Source: Octopus sinensis
Taxonomy: Eukaryota
Length of the DNA stretch: 64,000 nt
Direction: 5' to 3'
Assembly (NCBI RefSeq): GCF_006345805.1
Contig: NC_042999.1
Location: 89,590,001-89,654,000 of the forward strand
A program made the position numbers and the translations under genes. Positions 1 to 13,554 of the stretch are shown piece by piece. The number at the start of each line of letters is the position of its first letter. Within the stretch, counting starts at the first letter, position 1. Below the pieces are notes generated by a model, which saw only the letters and a list, made by a program, of their open reading frames with translations, was not told the origin of the DNA and ran no database searches.

Positions 1-194
1 TATGGACAGTGGATGAGGAGCGTTATTAATCCAATTAGCATGCATGTTATTAACCCTCATCTGTTTTTCAAGTAAGAGATCTCTTATTTCACATATCTTC
101 AAAGACCTAAAACCAGCAGATGATTTGTTGGCATCAGACATGACAGCAACAGTTAGATATAGCATTTGCTCAGTATTCCAACTCTAGGGTCTTA

Positions 195-543
195 AAAGTT
201 AAAGACTCCCTTTGGTCATGAATGACCATGGGATTGCACCTAGAAAGTTACCTTCCAAGGCACAAGTCTGGGCAAGGTTGTTTATAGAAGACCAGCATTT
301 GACCATGCATACCAGCCTCCCCTCCCCTCTCCATGCCACCGATGTTATCCAAGGAAAGAGCAAAGGCCAATATAGTTTGGCACTAGTGATATCACAACTC
401 ATTTCTACAGCTGAATGAACTGGAGCAACGTGAAGTAAAGTGTTTTGCTCAAGAACACAACACACAGCCCAGTCCAGGAATCAAACACACTACCTCGTGA
501 TTGGGAGCTCAATGCTCTAACCATTAAGCCATGAGCCTTCACT
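195..543 (-). mobile_element. tRNA-derived SINE, decayed
   Basis: Minus-strand head GTGAAGGCTCATGGCTTAATGGTTAGAGCATTGAGCTC; related truncated copy ~19723-19920 (+). Confidence 0.75.
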
Positions 544-1135
544 CTAGGATCTTATTATCCTAAAATTCAAGTCTAAAATTATCAGTCTATATTTTAAGAG
601 ATTGTTATAATAGACTCAGCTGTTACATTGAGCAGATCGCATATAAACAAATAAATCTATCTATTACATATATTTAACATTATAATGTCACTGTTGGTTG
701 TAGTTTTCCAGCAAGTCAATCACTAGTTCACTTCATTTATAATGGAAAGAGTGACAAAAGAATATTAGCAACTCTGCATTGCTGGGGTCACAAGCGAGTT
801 GTTAACCTATTATTTCCACTAGTACTCAACTCTCACTTGTGGCCCCAGCAACGTAGAGGTAGGTGTTGACAGAAGCGTGCATACAGGCAAACATAAATAT
901 ATGCATTACAAACATGCAAGTACTCCCTTGATCTGCAAGAACTAGCAGTTAAATATCTTCAATCCACATCTTACCATTTAAGAAAAGAGTAAATAAGAAA
1001 ATGTAGTCCTAGATTCATAATGCTTAAATAAAAGATGGAAAGCCTTTGGAGCTGAACATAACAGCATACAGAAGTTAGATTTGTATATTCAGGGAATTCT
1101 TTGTATTTGAATAACTCTCTCTCTCTCTCTCTCTG

Positions 1136-1190
<55 letters not shown>

Positions 1191-1623
1191 GACGGTATTC
1201 ATATTGGCAGCTCGTAAGTATCAGTTTTCTTTTTATGATTAAGTAAAATGATTAATTATGATGAAAATACATTTCAGATAATTTTTTAAAATAAATAAAG
1301 AGGCAACTAAATGACTTTTCAATGTATATTGTTTGTCACCAACACTTTAATCAAATGCTAACACAATGAATTAATTGAGAGTGAGCCAATAAGGGAGCCT
1401 CCAATTGGTTAGTTGATCTGCTTGAAATAGCAGCAAAATTTCTTTTAAGTCACACCCTGTCACTGAAAAATATGATCCTGAGTTCCTTGCACATAAGAAA
1501 AACATATATATAACAGTTGGAACACTTTTGATCAAAATCTGCTCCATCAGGGCTGGTCTGAAGTCAAACAACAACTGAGAATATTAATGATAGTTAAAAA
1601 CAAAAACTTCAATAGCAACTCAC

Positions 1624-1744
1624 ATTTCATTTTGCTAAAATCCAATGATGTTTCTCTAATACTAAAATCAGCCTGGAATGGTGCAATCTGTTCTCGTAGA
1701 ATCAGTAAATGTTTTATCATAAACATCTGACCATCTAGTAAGGT
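1624..1744 (-). CDS. COG3: COG3 exon 17 (gene continues left of the window)
   Basis: [40 protein letters not shown]; aAG / GTGAGT; 121 nt, phase 1; no further COG3 exon found in 1-1623. Confidence 0.96.
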
Positions 1745-2260
1745 CTTTAAAAAAACAAGGAAAAGCAATGTTGTTGAATTAGTTTTGACATGTTTCACTT
1801 TTAAAGAGTTATAAAAGAAATAGACAAATCAGTAGACTAGTTTATTGATGTAATTTGCATTCAATTCTTCTTAGTTCTCTAAACCACCAAAGTAATTATC
1901 AATGAGATCAATGCTTTATAAAACCATTTTCTCTTTATTTTAACCTGCTTTATTGTCAGTTAAGAAGTGTCGCATGTCTTCATTTTATCTTAAATACAGC
2001 ACAATAATGGAAAAATAATTTTTTCTACTATAGGCACAAGGCCTGCAATTTTATTGGTGGGGGGGGGGGAGTTGATTATATCAACTCTAGTGCTGAACTG
2101 GTACTTATTTCACTGACCTCCAAAAGATGAAAAGCAAAGTCAACCTCAACTGAATTTGAGCTCAGAGGGAATAAATGCTGTTAAGCATTTTGTCCTGTAT
2201 GTTAACAATTCTGCAAGCTTGCTGCCTTAATAACAGGATAATAAAACCTACAACTCTTCA

Positions 2261-3219
2261 CAGGGCCAACCATAGGAGGTTGCAGGGCCCAAATGGGAAA
2301 AATTTTGGTAGGCCCCAGGTTCCCAGTCAACTTATACTGAGTACAGAATTATTTTACACATACACATCCAGCACCAACCAATCGTGGCCATTACCAGCCT
2401 CATCTGGCCCCTGTGCCGGGGACACGTAAAAAGCACCTACTTCACTCACAGAGTGGTTAGCATTAGGAAGGGCATCAAGCTGTAGAAACACTGCCATATC
2501 AGACTGGAACCTGGTGCAGCCTCCTGGCTTCCCAGACCCCAGTCGAACTATCCAACCCATGCTAGTATTGAAAACAGACGTTAAACGATGATGATGATAT
2601 ATATATATACACATATGACAGACTTCCATTCACTCAGACTGCTTTGGTCAGCCCAAGGCAATAGTGGAAGACATTTGCCAAAGGTGTCATGCAGTGGGAC
2701 TGAACCCAGAACCATGTGGTCAGTAAGCAAGCTACTTACCACCCACCCACCCACTCCTGTGCATATATATATAAAATACACTTTATTGAAATAAAAGTTT
2801 CTCCAAAACTAAACATATTTATAGAAACTGATACACACAAACACATGCACAAATATATACATGCAATTTGCCCATGAACATACTCTCAGACACACAAATA
2901 TTTTGCCCAAACAACTTCGTAAACACTCCCAAACATTCACATACAAACATACATATTGACCCTTACACTAAAAAATACAATAAATTTCTTCAAATTCAGC
3001 GGCTGACCCAAGCAGTTTTGGATTTATCTTATGATATCTTGTGTCACTAAAGTGTAAAAAGTATGTTTTACTCCTTTTTTTTTTTGAAAGATTTTTTGAA
3101 AAGACTTCAGGGAGATCACATTTATGAAGTATAGAATGTGGTCCTCTTGTGCATGGGGCCCCCTGTGGTGTGGGGCCTGATGGGGATCATTCGGTCCAAT
3201 TGGTTGAAGGCCAGCCCTG
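2261..3219. mobile_element. hAT-type MITE with nested RTE tail and SINE
   Basis: TIRs CAGGGCCAACC / GGCCAGCCCTG; perfect 8-bp TSD ACTCTTCA at 2253-2260 and 3220-3227; nested inserts at ~2355-2762. Confidence 0.85.
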
Positions 3220-3858
3220 ACTCTTCAGCTAACAGTCTGATATGTTGTCCACAAAGACATTATGATTGTTAAATGTACATGGTTAGGATGTTTGCTTTGC
3301 AACCACTAAGTTCTACTTCCAAGCATTTTAAGCCAGTGTCTTTTACCTTTGCTTTGAGTTGGCCCAAGTTTTGTGAATGAAACTAGGGAGATAGAAACTC
3401 TGTGGAAGTTCATCATTTAACATCCACTTGCATATATCAGATGGAATTTGTTGTGGCAGATTTTTCTATGGTTGGATGCCTTTCTGTCCCCAACCCATAC
3501 CTGTTTCAGGCAAGATAATATTTTCCCACAGCTAGACAAGTTTTTCAGAGAAAACTGGAAACAAACAGTATTGCTTGTATGATGATGATGATGCTCATCA
3601 CATGATGTCCACACATGGGTAACCTCACCAAAAACATACACACACACACATACACATACAAATATAAATATATATGATTGATTGCTAAATCTACAAGATT
3701 TTTTAATTTTCTCTGTGTTTATTTCCTCATAGTCCTTTCTGTTGAAGAGCCTAGGCTCAAAACATAAAAGACTTTCTCACTTTCCCAAGCATCAAAGTAA
3801 TGCACCTGCTTGTTGTTCATACACCTGTCTTCATCTTTTGTTTTTCTGTAAATTTCAA

Positions 3859-3907
<49 letters not shown>

Positions 3908-4673
3908 TATATATATATATATATGGGTGGGGAGACTTCTTTGAGCTTTGGTTAACCAAATCCACTCACAAGGCTTTGGTTGACCAAGGACTATAGTAGA
4001 AGACATTTCCCCAAGGTGCCACAAAGCGGGAACTTAACCCAAAGCCACATGGCTGGCTGGGAAACAAGTTTCTTAACCACATAGTCATGCCTGCACCTAT
4101 CATAAAAATAAAATACTTCAGAAAAAAATTACTATTTCGAAAGAAATTATGTATTTTCTGGCTCTTTAATAACTTCAAAAAACTTTACAGTTTTCAAAAT
4201 AATCAAGGAATTTCTATGAGTAATGCTAGTCTAGAAATAATATATAAATGCTTATAACACTAAACATGAATCTATACCAATAACTGTTTCAAAGCTTAAG
4301 AAAAATCTTTCTAATATTTAAATGTTATCCTCCAAGTTAGAAAAAAATGTCAAAACTAGGTTATTTAGTTGAGGAAAATATTTAAACATTTTTGTAACAA
4401 TTAGCGATTTTTTCTTACATGATTTACAGAACATATAAAATAAAATTTGATGACACAAATGGACATGACTTAGATGTAATAAAGAATGAGCTAGTAATTA
4501 TTTTTTATGAATTTGGACTTACTGTCATTATAATTACTAGTATTATAATACTTGATTTCCAAACCAAAATATCAGTACAGGGTGAGTCACAAAATGTTAT
4601 AATCATTTAAAGATCAATTTTCACAATTGTAAGTAAAAGTATAAAAGTAAAAGTTTACATAAAGAAAATTTAC

Positions 4674-4763
4674 CTTTCGTTTGACAATACCTTCTTTAGC
4701 AACATTTAAACTTTTTATACAAGACTGTAGAGCTTCCTGTGAAAGTCCTTGGAATGTTGTTCG
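4674..4763 (-). CDS. COG3: COG3 exon 16
   Basis: RTTFQGLSQEALQSCIKSLNVAKEGIVKRK; ttcAG / GTAAAT; 90 nt. Confidence 0.96.
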
Positions 4764-5715
4764 CTGAAAGAATTGAAACATAAAATTATGCACTACTAAT
4801 ACAGAAAACATCAAAATAGCATAGAAAATAACAGTAGTTATTAATGCAAATAAAAAAAATAAGATACATATGCTAAATTGTTAAAATAACACTTTCCTAA
4901 TTAGTTAATGAGAGAGAAGTTTACTTCTTTCAGTTCATCACAGGATCTTTCATCATTGTATATTTTGTATACATAGTATCTTTTCATTAACCGTCTGAAA
5001 AAATATTCTTTTCACATTAGCACAAGGCCTTAGATATGTACACTGGTGAGGTCGGAATTCAAAATAGAAGCATTTTAACCTAAATACTGTAAGATATTAC
5101 TTTAACCTATTACATCAGCACTTCTACCATTCTATTGTTCTGGGGGAATGTAAATCAAGATTTCTGTCTCAAAAGGGAGTGTACAATCAATTAAGTTAAC
5201 TCAGTATATCACTGGCACATATTTAACTGATAATGAAAGGATGAAAGGTAAAGTTATCCTAGGCAAGATTTGAACTCAGAACATAAAGGGATGTTACTAT
5301 ATAACACAAATCAATTTGTGTCAGGCATTTAAAAGTTTGTGCTACTTACTACCTAAGTGAACAATAAAGAACTCTCATCTCATCTTCTATTATCGCCATT
5401 TAATCTATAAACTCTTCCTTTCAAGTTGATAATATGAAACAAGAAATACAGTACAAGATGACTTTCCTCATTCCTACTAATCTGCACTATGACTAATGTA
5501 AATTCAACAAATTTGACACAAAATACAAACTCATATGGAGAGTAAAATACTTGATAAAATTTGCCATTTATGTATAATAAACACAATGTGAATAATATTC
5601 ACAGGATTTACACCTGTAGATACACAAATGTACACATACACATGAGACCCAATGACACACAACCACACAGATATACACAGAGTCAAACTTGCTTCAAGTA
5701 AAAAATTCAACTTAC

Positions 5716-5825
5716 TGCAATACACCGATAGAGTTTAGACAAAGTGACCAAAGTTCTTCTTACTGTTGGATACCACATACCATGGAGATCAGCAGGTGAC
5801 ATGGGCATTGAAGATGAGTGAGTTT
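5716..5825 (-). CDS. COG3: COG3 exon 15
   Basis: [36 protein letters not shown]; ctcAG / GTAAGT; 110 nt. Confidence 0.97.
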
Positions 5826-6619
5826 CTGAGAATAGAATAGGAATGTTTTCAAAATTCATAAACCACTGAACATTTCACTGATTTCAGTATAACAGAGTGT
5901 TTGAATATTTGCAACTCTAATAACTATCTGCCAGAATTCCTTAGCATATCAGTTACATAACAAAATATATTAGTCTACTATTTTAAAAATCATCATCATC
6001 AATTTGACATTCACTTTTTCCATGCTTGCATGGGTTAGAAACAATTTGTTGAGGCAGATTTCCTGCGACCAGATGCCCTGCATGTTGCCAACTCTTACCT
6101 GTTTCCAAGCAAAGCAAACAACACTCATTTACAGCTATCACACAATGTCAATACATGGAACATAAACACACACATGCACAATGGTCTTCTTTCATTTTCA
6201 GACTACCAAATCCACTCACAAGGTTTTGTTCAGTCTGAGGCTATAGGAGAAAGCACTTGCTCAAAGTACCATGTAGTGGGACTGAACCAGAAACTACAAG
6301 CTGGGAAGCAAGTTTAAATAGACACAACCATAACAGAATAAGGAAAGACCTAGTTTGTTTAAAAAAAAAATCTGAACTTAATATTAGTGCAAGTACTAAT
6401 ATTACAATAGCTGATTTCCTCAATATAACTTTAATGCAGGTTAATATAAACCATAAAGAAAGCAAAATGGAAAATTCCACAAGGTGTTCAACTTTGTCAT
6501 GGCAAGAGACTAGGCTGAGTCTTATTGTTATCTCGTTTTGAGATCTGCTGTCCTTGGTCAAAACAAAAACAGAGTACTACAGAGAAAATATTTAATATTA
6601 GACGTTACACTGAGAAACA

Positions 6620-7120
6620 TCTGCAGCACCAATCTGACTTCCATTACAACTTCAACTTCAAAAAAAGCCTTTGACCATGTTTGGTGCAATGGGCTGTAGC
6701 AGATGATGAAGAATTGCAACTTTGACAACAACCTCATTAAAGTAACCAACACAAGGCATCCTGTATGAAAATTCAAGCAGTGCAGTTCTCCTGAACAACA
6801 CCAGAGAATTCTTCAGGACAACAGTAAGTGTTCAGCAAGGATGTCTCCTCTCTCACATGCATTTCAACATCTTCCTAGAAAGCATCATGCAGAAGATACT
6901 TCAAGGCCTTCATCCATCTGTCTCCACTGGAAGACAGCCCGTTTCCAGCCTGCACTTTGCTGACAACATTAACCTGTTACAAAGCAGTGAAAGGGAACAA
7001 CAGGAGATTACCATCAGACTGAGAAAAGTATTAGGAGCTTACAGGATGGAAATAAGGCCAGAAAAGAGCAAGATCTTGGTTAATAGTAACAACCAAAACA
7101 TAGCAACCAACACCACAAGG
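6620..7120 (+). mobile_element. RTE-like LINE RT fragment
   Basis: KKAFDHVW, VQQGCLLS..FNIFLE, LHFADNI (YADD motif), MEIRPEKSKILV. Confidence 0.85.
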
Positions 7121-7289
7121 TATCCTGTTTAATGCTCTAATGGTTCAGCCACTTCACCATCTATAAATACAGATTGACAAATTAAGTACCAGACTGAAAT
7201 ATTGACTGGGTTTAATATAATTGCTGTGAAAGCAATGCTTCGAAAAGGCAGAAGTCCAATAGCTGAAACCAGTAACAATAAATGAATAC

Positions 7290-7455
7290 CTGTAGATGGA
7301 CCTATAACTTCAGTGAAGCCATCACTGTCAGTTTTCTTATTCTCTTCTGTTGATTCTTGACCAGCAGTTATCTGAGCAACTTCCATACTTGTGCTTGAAG
7401 CATTCGATGCACTTCTAGAGTGTTGTTGAGTTTTCCTAATGTTTTCTGATATACT
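7290..7455 (-). CDS. COG3: COG3 exon 14 (Ser/Thr-rich variable linker)
   Basis: SISENIRKTQQHSRSASNASSTSMEV...IGPST; tgcAG / GTATTC; 166 nt; phase fits both neighbours; lies in the poorly conserved linker. Confidence 0.85.
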
Positions 7456-9589
7456 CTGCAAAATAGAATAAGAAAATGGGAGTAGGAGGTTTTAAAATTC
7501 TTTATAAATATAAATAACTTATAAAATGACAAATGAATAATCAACATTTAGAGTCTCTCTTCCATGCTGGCATGGGTTGGACAATTTGACAGGATCCAAT
7601 GAGTCAGAGAACTGCACTGAGCTCAATATAGTCTGTTTCTATGGTTGGATGCCAACACCTTTATGAGAAAGCACTGCAAGCCTTTTTTTTTTCATGACAC
7701 CAGCACTAGTGAGGTTGCCATGTAACTCACAAAACAAAGAAAAGACACTTGACTGAGTGGGAGGTGGCTTTCTTTTTTCTTTATTCACCTCAATGACTAT
7801 CTCATTCAGTTTTTCCCAACATATAGACATCAAAATATGGATCCAGAAACTCATTATAAATATGGTGTGATGTTTTGTAAATCCTATTTTTATGACATGA
7901 CATTTAATAACACTACAATAAGCTTTCTTATTTACAGAGAAAATATTGTAGCTGCACAAAGCAGGAATGTCGGACAACCAGTGAGTGTTATTTTGCAGTG
8001 AGCAGTGAGGAGTTCAAGTTTACCTATAACCTAAAAGGAAACAACAGTGAACTATTCTCAAACTCATTCCCAAACCACAATCTTCTACCAGCTTATCTAG
8101 GTAGCAGTTGATATAGAATATGAATCACAGTTGTGTCCTATATTTAACTTATTTCATACAGGCACCCCTATCAAAGTCAATAGCTTTACTCATCATTATA
8201 CTATTTACATCCAGTTTTCTAAGCTTGCACAGGTCAAATGGAAATTACTAAGGCAAATTTTCTGTGGTGGAATGCCCTTCCTGTTGCAAACCCTTCCATA
8301 TTTCAAAGCAAGATAAGTAGCACCCCATGAATGGATATGTTTACACAGCAGATTGGAAGGACTCTGCTTGTCTGACTGAAACATTTCTTACAACTATCAC
8401 ACTATTTCAAGAAAAGGACATGGGCACGGGGACACACACACACTAACTTGCACACTGCCTCTTTTGCTATCTATCAACAAAATCCACTCACAAGGCTTTA
8501 CTTGGCCCAGGACTCAAGGTGCTATGCAGTGGCACTGGGCCCAAAACCATTTGGTTAGGAAGGACGCTTGAACCACACAGCCATGCCCTGCACCTACTCA
8601 ATTACATACAACTTTTTGACCATAAGAGTTGCAATATCAAATAGATATTATAGCTACTGGTATAGCTATAGGCAGAGACATGGCTGAGTGGTTAAACTTA
8701 CATCACAACCATATGGGTTTGCATTCAGTCCTACTGTGTAACACCTTGGACAAGTGTCTCCTAAAGTCTCAAGTTGACCAATGCTTTGTGAATTTAATTT
8801 GGTAAATGGAAAGTGCCCATCATATATATAAATATAAATGTGTGTATGGGTGAATGTGTGTTTATACATTTGTGTGTATATGTGTCTTTATCTGTGTTGG
8901 TGTGTAATGGCTTTGCAGCAACACCTCTTGAGCAGAAGTGACATTTATGTCTGCATAAACAGTAGTCCAGCAATTTTGACATGCAAAAAAACCAGTGGAA
9001 TAGAGTACCTCACTTGAAAACAAACACAGCTTAGCATCAAGAAGGGTGTTTCAAAAAATCTCATTCGACTATGATGACAATACTTAATTGAGCTGTGAAT
9101 GCAGAAGAAAATCTTATCCACACTTTAGTTTTGTATTTAAGCATTCTTTCTACAACTGGGCACATTAATACCCAAAACTGAATTAAGCCTAAACTGAGAA
9201 AATTAGAAGCATCCATTTCAAAAAAAATTGTATCAGCTTGTAGTTTAACTCCAAGCTAGCCCTGATCTAGCATATCTACAATGGAAGTCATTCCAACCAT
9301 AATTAACCCATCACTTATTCAGACATAATGCATCTAGAACTACATTAGTCAAATTGTTTTATCCATTTTTAAAATAATAGAGTGTCATCTGAGAGAGATT
9401 TGGCATCTATTACTAGCAAGATGAGTAATTATAAAGAGACTACTTTGTTAGTTCATATCATCTAGAAAATTGTATGAGAACTGTTCTCTTTTTAGAAAAG
9501 TGGTATAACAAACATGACAAATGGAAATGAATTAGTACACAGTTGAAATAATTATGTAATATTTTACAGGGTAGCTTAATGTTCTTTAC

Positions 9590-9750
9590 CTCCATCATTT
9601 CTAGCTTCTCTGGATATGCTAAATCTCCTGATGCAGCATTATACATGAAAATATCATTCTTGATGTAGATATATGTTCTATAAACAAGTCGCTCTTGAAC
9701 ATCCATAAGCATTTGATTGCAAATATTCTCAAAGGCCTTCAGTTCTTGAG
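9590..9750 (-). CDS. COG3: COG3 exon 13
   Basis: [53 protein letters not shown]; tgcAG / GTAAAG; 161 nt. Confidence 0.97.
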
Positions 9751-10873
9751 CTGCAACAAAAGATTTTCAGTAAATAAATATCTTCAAGATTTTAAAAACA
9801 ATATTCTTTTTCAGATTCAAACAAAAAATCTTAAAGCACTAAAGAGGAGGAAGTTGATGTATTCAATTTTTCATTTGGCTTTTCTCCATTTTGTTAGCAG
9901 ACAACATCAAAAATATATTATGAATAATATTAACAGAGTTACAAGGGTTTTCTTCGTGACCTCTGAAGAAAATGTAGAAGTAGCTAGGGCTACCATGTGA
10001 TTTCCTATATCAGGTGGGAAAGGGAATATGGAACTATATGCATGGTTTTTAAAAGTGAGAAAGGGATGAAAAGACAGGCCAAGACAAACACTGCACAAAG
10101 AAATACAAGGATCACCCAGAAAGACATTAGAGACAATATTGATCCTGATTTCATTATAACCTAAGTGGCACAATAGAGGCAGTGGTCAGCACTGATGTGA
10201 TCTTTGATGATATGCAACTAGGTGGGGTCTGTAAAACAAAAAAATCATGATGACACCTTCCCCCAAGTCCACAAAAGATTCTGGAGCTGTACTCTGAAGT
10301 GGAAGCAGAGACAAAGACACTGAGATTGGTTATGCAGGACGTAAAAACTACCAGTTTTACACCTGGTAAAAAAATTAATTTAAGAGCTTTCTGTTCAGAA
10401 AAGTTGGTGAAGACTGAAGGGAAAGAACAGAACACATAACAATAGCAACAGCATGCCATTGTTGAGGTGGTGCTTTCATGGTACCACCAGTTGCAGCTAT
10501 GGAAACAACTGAGATTGCTTAATCTTTGGTTCCAGAGTTGAGCAGAAAGCAAAGGGACTTTCTACTCCTGGTCATAACCAACAGTACCATACAGCTCAGC
10601 TGATGTGATTTTTAAGTAATATACAGTGATGTACTTACAATAACAGATGATGACATACAAACCAACCCTTCAGCTGATTATAAATAATTTTATTATACAA
10701 ATGCATAAATAATTTTATTACGCATTTTCATGATAAAGAGGAATTAGACTGAACCTTTTAGTGACAGTATTTTCACTACCCATTGCACATATTCTAATGT
10801 TCAAATGATATTTGGTATATCAAATGGTTACTCCATAAAATTATGATGGAAGTAACAATTTAAATATGAACAC

Positions 10874-11324
10874 TTAACTGTTTAACATTTAAATCAGTGA
10901 TATCTGGCCCAAATATTCCGCCTGTCTTATATTCAAACTAAATATATACTGAACCTTGCACACCAACCCTGCAATGTCATTCAAATATTAAGAATCAAAT
11001 CATCGAAATCTTGAAGCTATGAGATAAGCCATGATTAATTTAGATCAATCATCATCATCATCATCATCATTATCATCATTATTTAACATCTGTTTTCCAT
11101 GCTGGCATAGGCTGGAAAGTTTGACCAGAACTGGTAAATATCAGGGGCTGCACCAGGTTCCATTGTTTGTTTTGGCATGCTTTCTATGGCAGGATGCCCT
11201 TCCTAATGCCAACCACTTTACAGAGTGTATGGGTACTTTTAATGTAGCCCTAACATCAGTGCTTTTTATGTTGCACCAGCCACAGACATTACATTTCACA
11301 ATAATCTGAATGCTAAAGGGTTAA
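10874..11324. mobile_element. TTAA-flanked MITE interrupted by an RTE 3' tail (~11045-11290)
   Basis: MITE halves in opposite orientation to the 16044 copy, flanking a (CAT)n-tailed RTE end. Confidence 0.75.
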
Positions 11325-11433
11325 AACAGATTATTTTGTATCAGTATCTTAGAATAAGAATGGATTTCACAAGAGTTGGCAGCAAAAGAGTAAAATGGTA
11401 TATAACATAGATTGCAATGATGATGTAACTTAC

Positions 11434-11467
11434 GGTTATTTCGTACATGCTCTTCAATCATTTCAAT
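11434..11467 (-). CDS. COG3: COG3 exon 12 (34-nt small exon)
   Basis: IEMIEEHVRNN(P) matches COG3 NEVLEDHVQNN; tatAG / GTAAGT; phase fits exons 11 and 13. Confidence 0.93.
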
Positions 11468-12118
11468 CTATAAATGAAACAAATATTAGATTGTATGTTG
11501 TTTGGAGAAATATGAAATAGGTTAAATAATATTGGTTTCTTGATAGAAAGAGAACTTTTACAAGAGAAGGTTTATAGTCAATCATACAGACTGCAATATA
11601 TGCTACTAGCATTACTTATTTTATCAAAGTTGAAAGGATGAAAAGTAAGATCAACCTAAGTATGATCAGAATTTAAAACGAAGCGGCAAAAGAAATAAAT
11701 ATTGTCAACCCATTGTTCAACTCTTTGTGTGTATAAATGTGTATACATGTGCAAAATCAAAGTGTGTGTGTGTGTATGAATGGTAAAATAAGGATTCAGA
11801 TAGAATAAGGTATTTGAAAAGATATACACCAGATAATTTGGATAAACTGGTGGTTCGGCCTATGGTTGATAAATATCAAATAGGATATTCTGGTTGTGTA
11901 CACAGAAAAAAAAAACAACCCTATGACTATTTAGCGCCTAGGGGCTGGTCCAAAGCATGCATTCTGTTGAATTGTATGTTGCTGGTATACTCTAGGGTAT
12001 CCAATAAGTCATAAATCGCCTTGGTGTATTATAATTAAATGAATAATAACAGACGATGGATAACTGTCAGCTCATTACAGCTGTTCCTGAAGTATTTTTT
12101 AACAGAAAAATGAGAACA

Positions 12119-12308
12119 TTACTTCATTACAAAAAACCATAATCATCAGATGAAACACAATTTTACAAACAGAAGAATATACCAATACAGAAGAAATTTC
12201 ATAGTTAGCCTCAACAGACTTCAGCCACATCCCTGCCATATTCTTGGGATATTGTTCTGCTTGTAATTTTGTTTCATCTGATGATTACAGTTTTTTGTAA
12301 TGAAGTAA
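12119..12308. repeat. Inverted repeat with ~60-bp arms and ~67-nt loop, COG3 intron 11
   Basis: TTACTTCATTACAAAAAACCATAATCATCAGATGAAAC... versus ...GTTTCATCTGATGATTACAGTTTTTTGTAATGAAGTAA. Confidence 0.9.
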
Positions 12309-12527
12309 CTCAAGAGTTGAGAGTGTCATGCATGACACTGATTTATATATGTTAGATGGTCTAATTGTTTAATAGTTATAACAAATTATAATGACTTAAT
12401 TACTATGAAATATTGGTTTCCTGTGAAAGCTTTCAGAGAAAAATGAAAGACTGTCTGTTTCAAACCTCAATACAAGTATTATAAATCAAACTGAAAACTA
12501 CTTTAAAAACAATAAAATGCCACTAAC

Positions 12528-12633
12528 TTTCAAGATCGCACAGAGTTCTGCTAGTGTTTCCAAGTGATTAATATGAATTATCAACGGACGGAATACATCA
12601 TAAAGGTTGGTACATAACTTCTCAAGCATTTGG
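12528..12633 (-). CDS. COG3: COG3 exon 11
   Basis: [35 protein letters not shown]; tgtAG / GTTAGT; 106 nt. Confidence 0.96.
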
Positions 12634-13462
12634 CTACAAAACATCAAAGAGTTTAGTCAGAAAAAATTAATACATAATATTTCATTTAGATATTAAAAAA
12701 TTCACATTTTTGTTGTTGTTTAACCTCAACTCAATCATGAGTGCTTAGACCTATGATCAAAAGCATTCCAGCCAGGACCTTTCCATCCTTATCACAAACA
12801 CTATATATTATCAGGATTTAGATTATTCAATGTGATCCTCCTTTATCAAAATGATATGGTTGAACATGAAGAAGATTTAGCTACTTTTTCAAATAGATTG
12901 AAGAACCATGTGGAAAATCTCTCATTATTAGTGCACCTATACCAAAAATAGGAGTTATTTAAACATGGCCTTTAAATGAATTATCAACTTCATCTCCATT
13001 TTTATTTGGGATTGTGAGGCAAGTTATGGAGACAGTATCAAATATAGTTATTTCTAATTAGTTTTTCATTTTAAAAATGGCAGTTTAAAATCATAAAAAA
13101 TAATTGCCTGTTAAAAACCAATGGAATAATTACCTCCTATATTTAACTATATCATACTGTACTTGCCACAAATGGCTATACAGCAGACATTTTGTTGAAA
13201 GCATAAAACAATAAAATTCAAAAACATTTTAAATGTTTTTAAAGTGGGGAATATAGATTACAAGTCTTAAATTTTGGGACAGTATTATCACAATAAATAT
13301 ACATGGTTAGATACTCTATTCAATGCTTCTGTTGATAAGCTGGCTATCTTCATATCATAAAGATAATTAAGTGCAAGAGACAGTGGTTAACCATTAATAT
13401 AAAAACTTTACATTCACATCATAAGAATGATGTATGATATCATAATTTACCAGCTTACTTAC

Positions 13463-13554
13463 TCAAGTAATGGTGATGGTTTTGAGAAAAAATTGAAATA
13501 AAGTTGGCTTTCATCTTCACACACGTGCACCATAAAAACACAACCACTGCGCAT
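13463..13554 (-). CDS. COG3: COG3 exon 10
   Basis: MRSGCVFMVHVCEDESQLYFNFFSKPSPLL(D); aacAG / GTAAGT; 92 nt, phase 2. Confidence 0.96.

Noticed and set aside
1-1623. Search for COG3 exon 18
   Set aside because: No phase-1 exon encoding the expected next COG3 segment was found; it presumably lies outside the window
9695-10552. Cluster of 88-132-aa ORFs in COG3 intron 12
   Set aside because: No splice-consistent frame or recognisable domain; probably decayed LINE sequence
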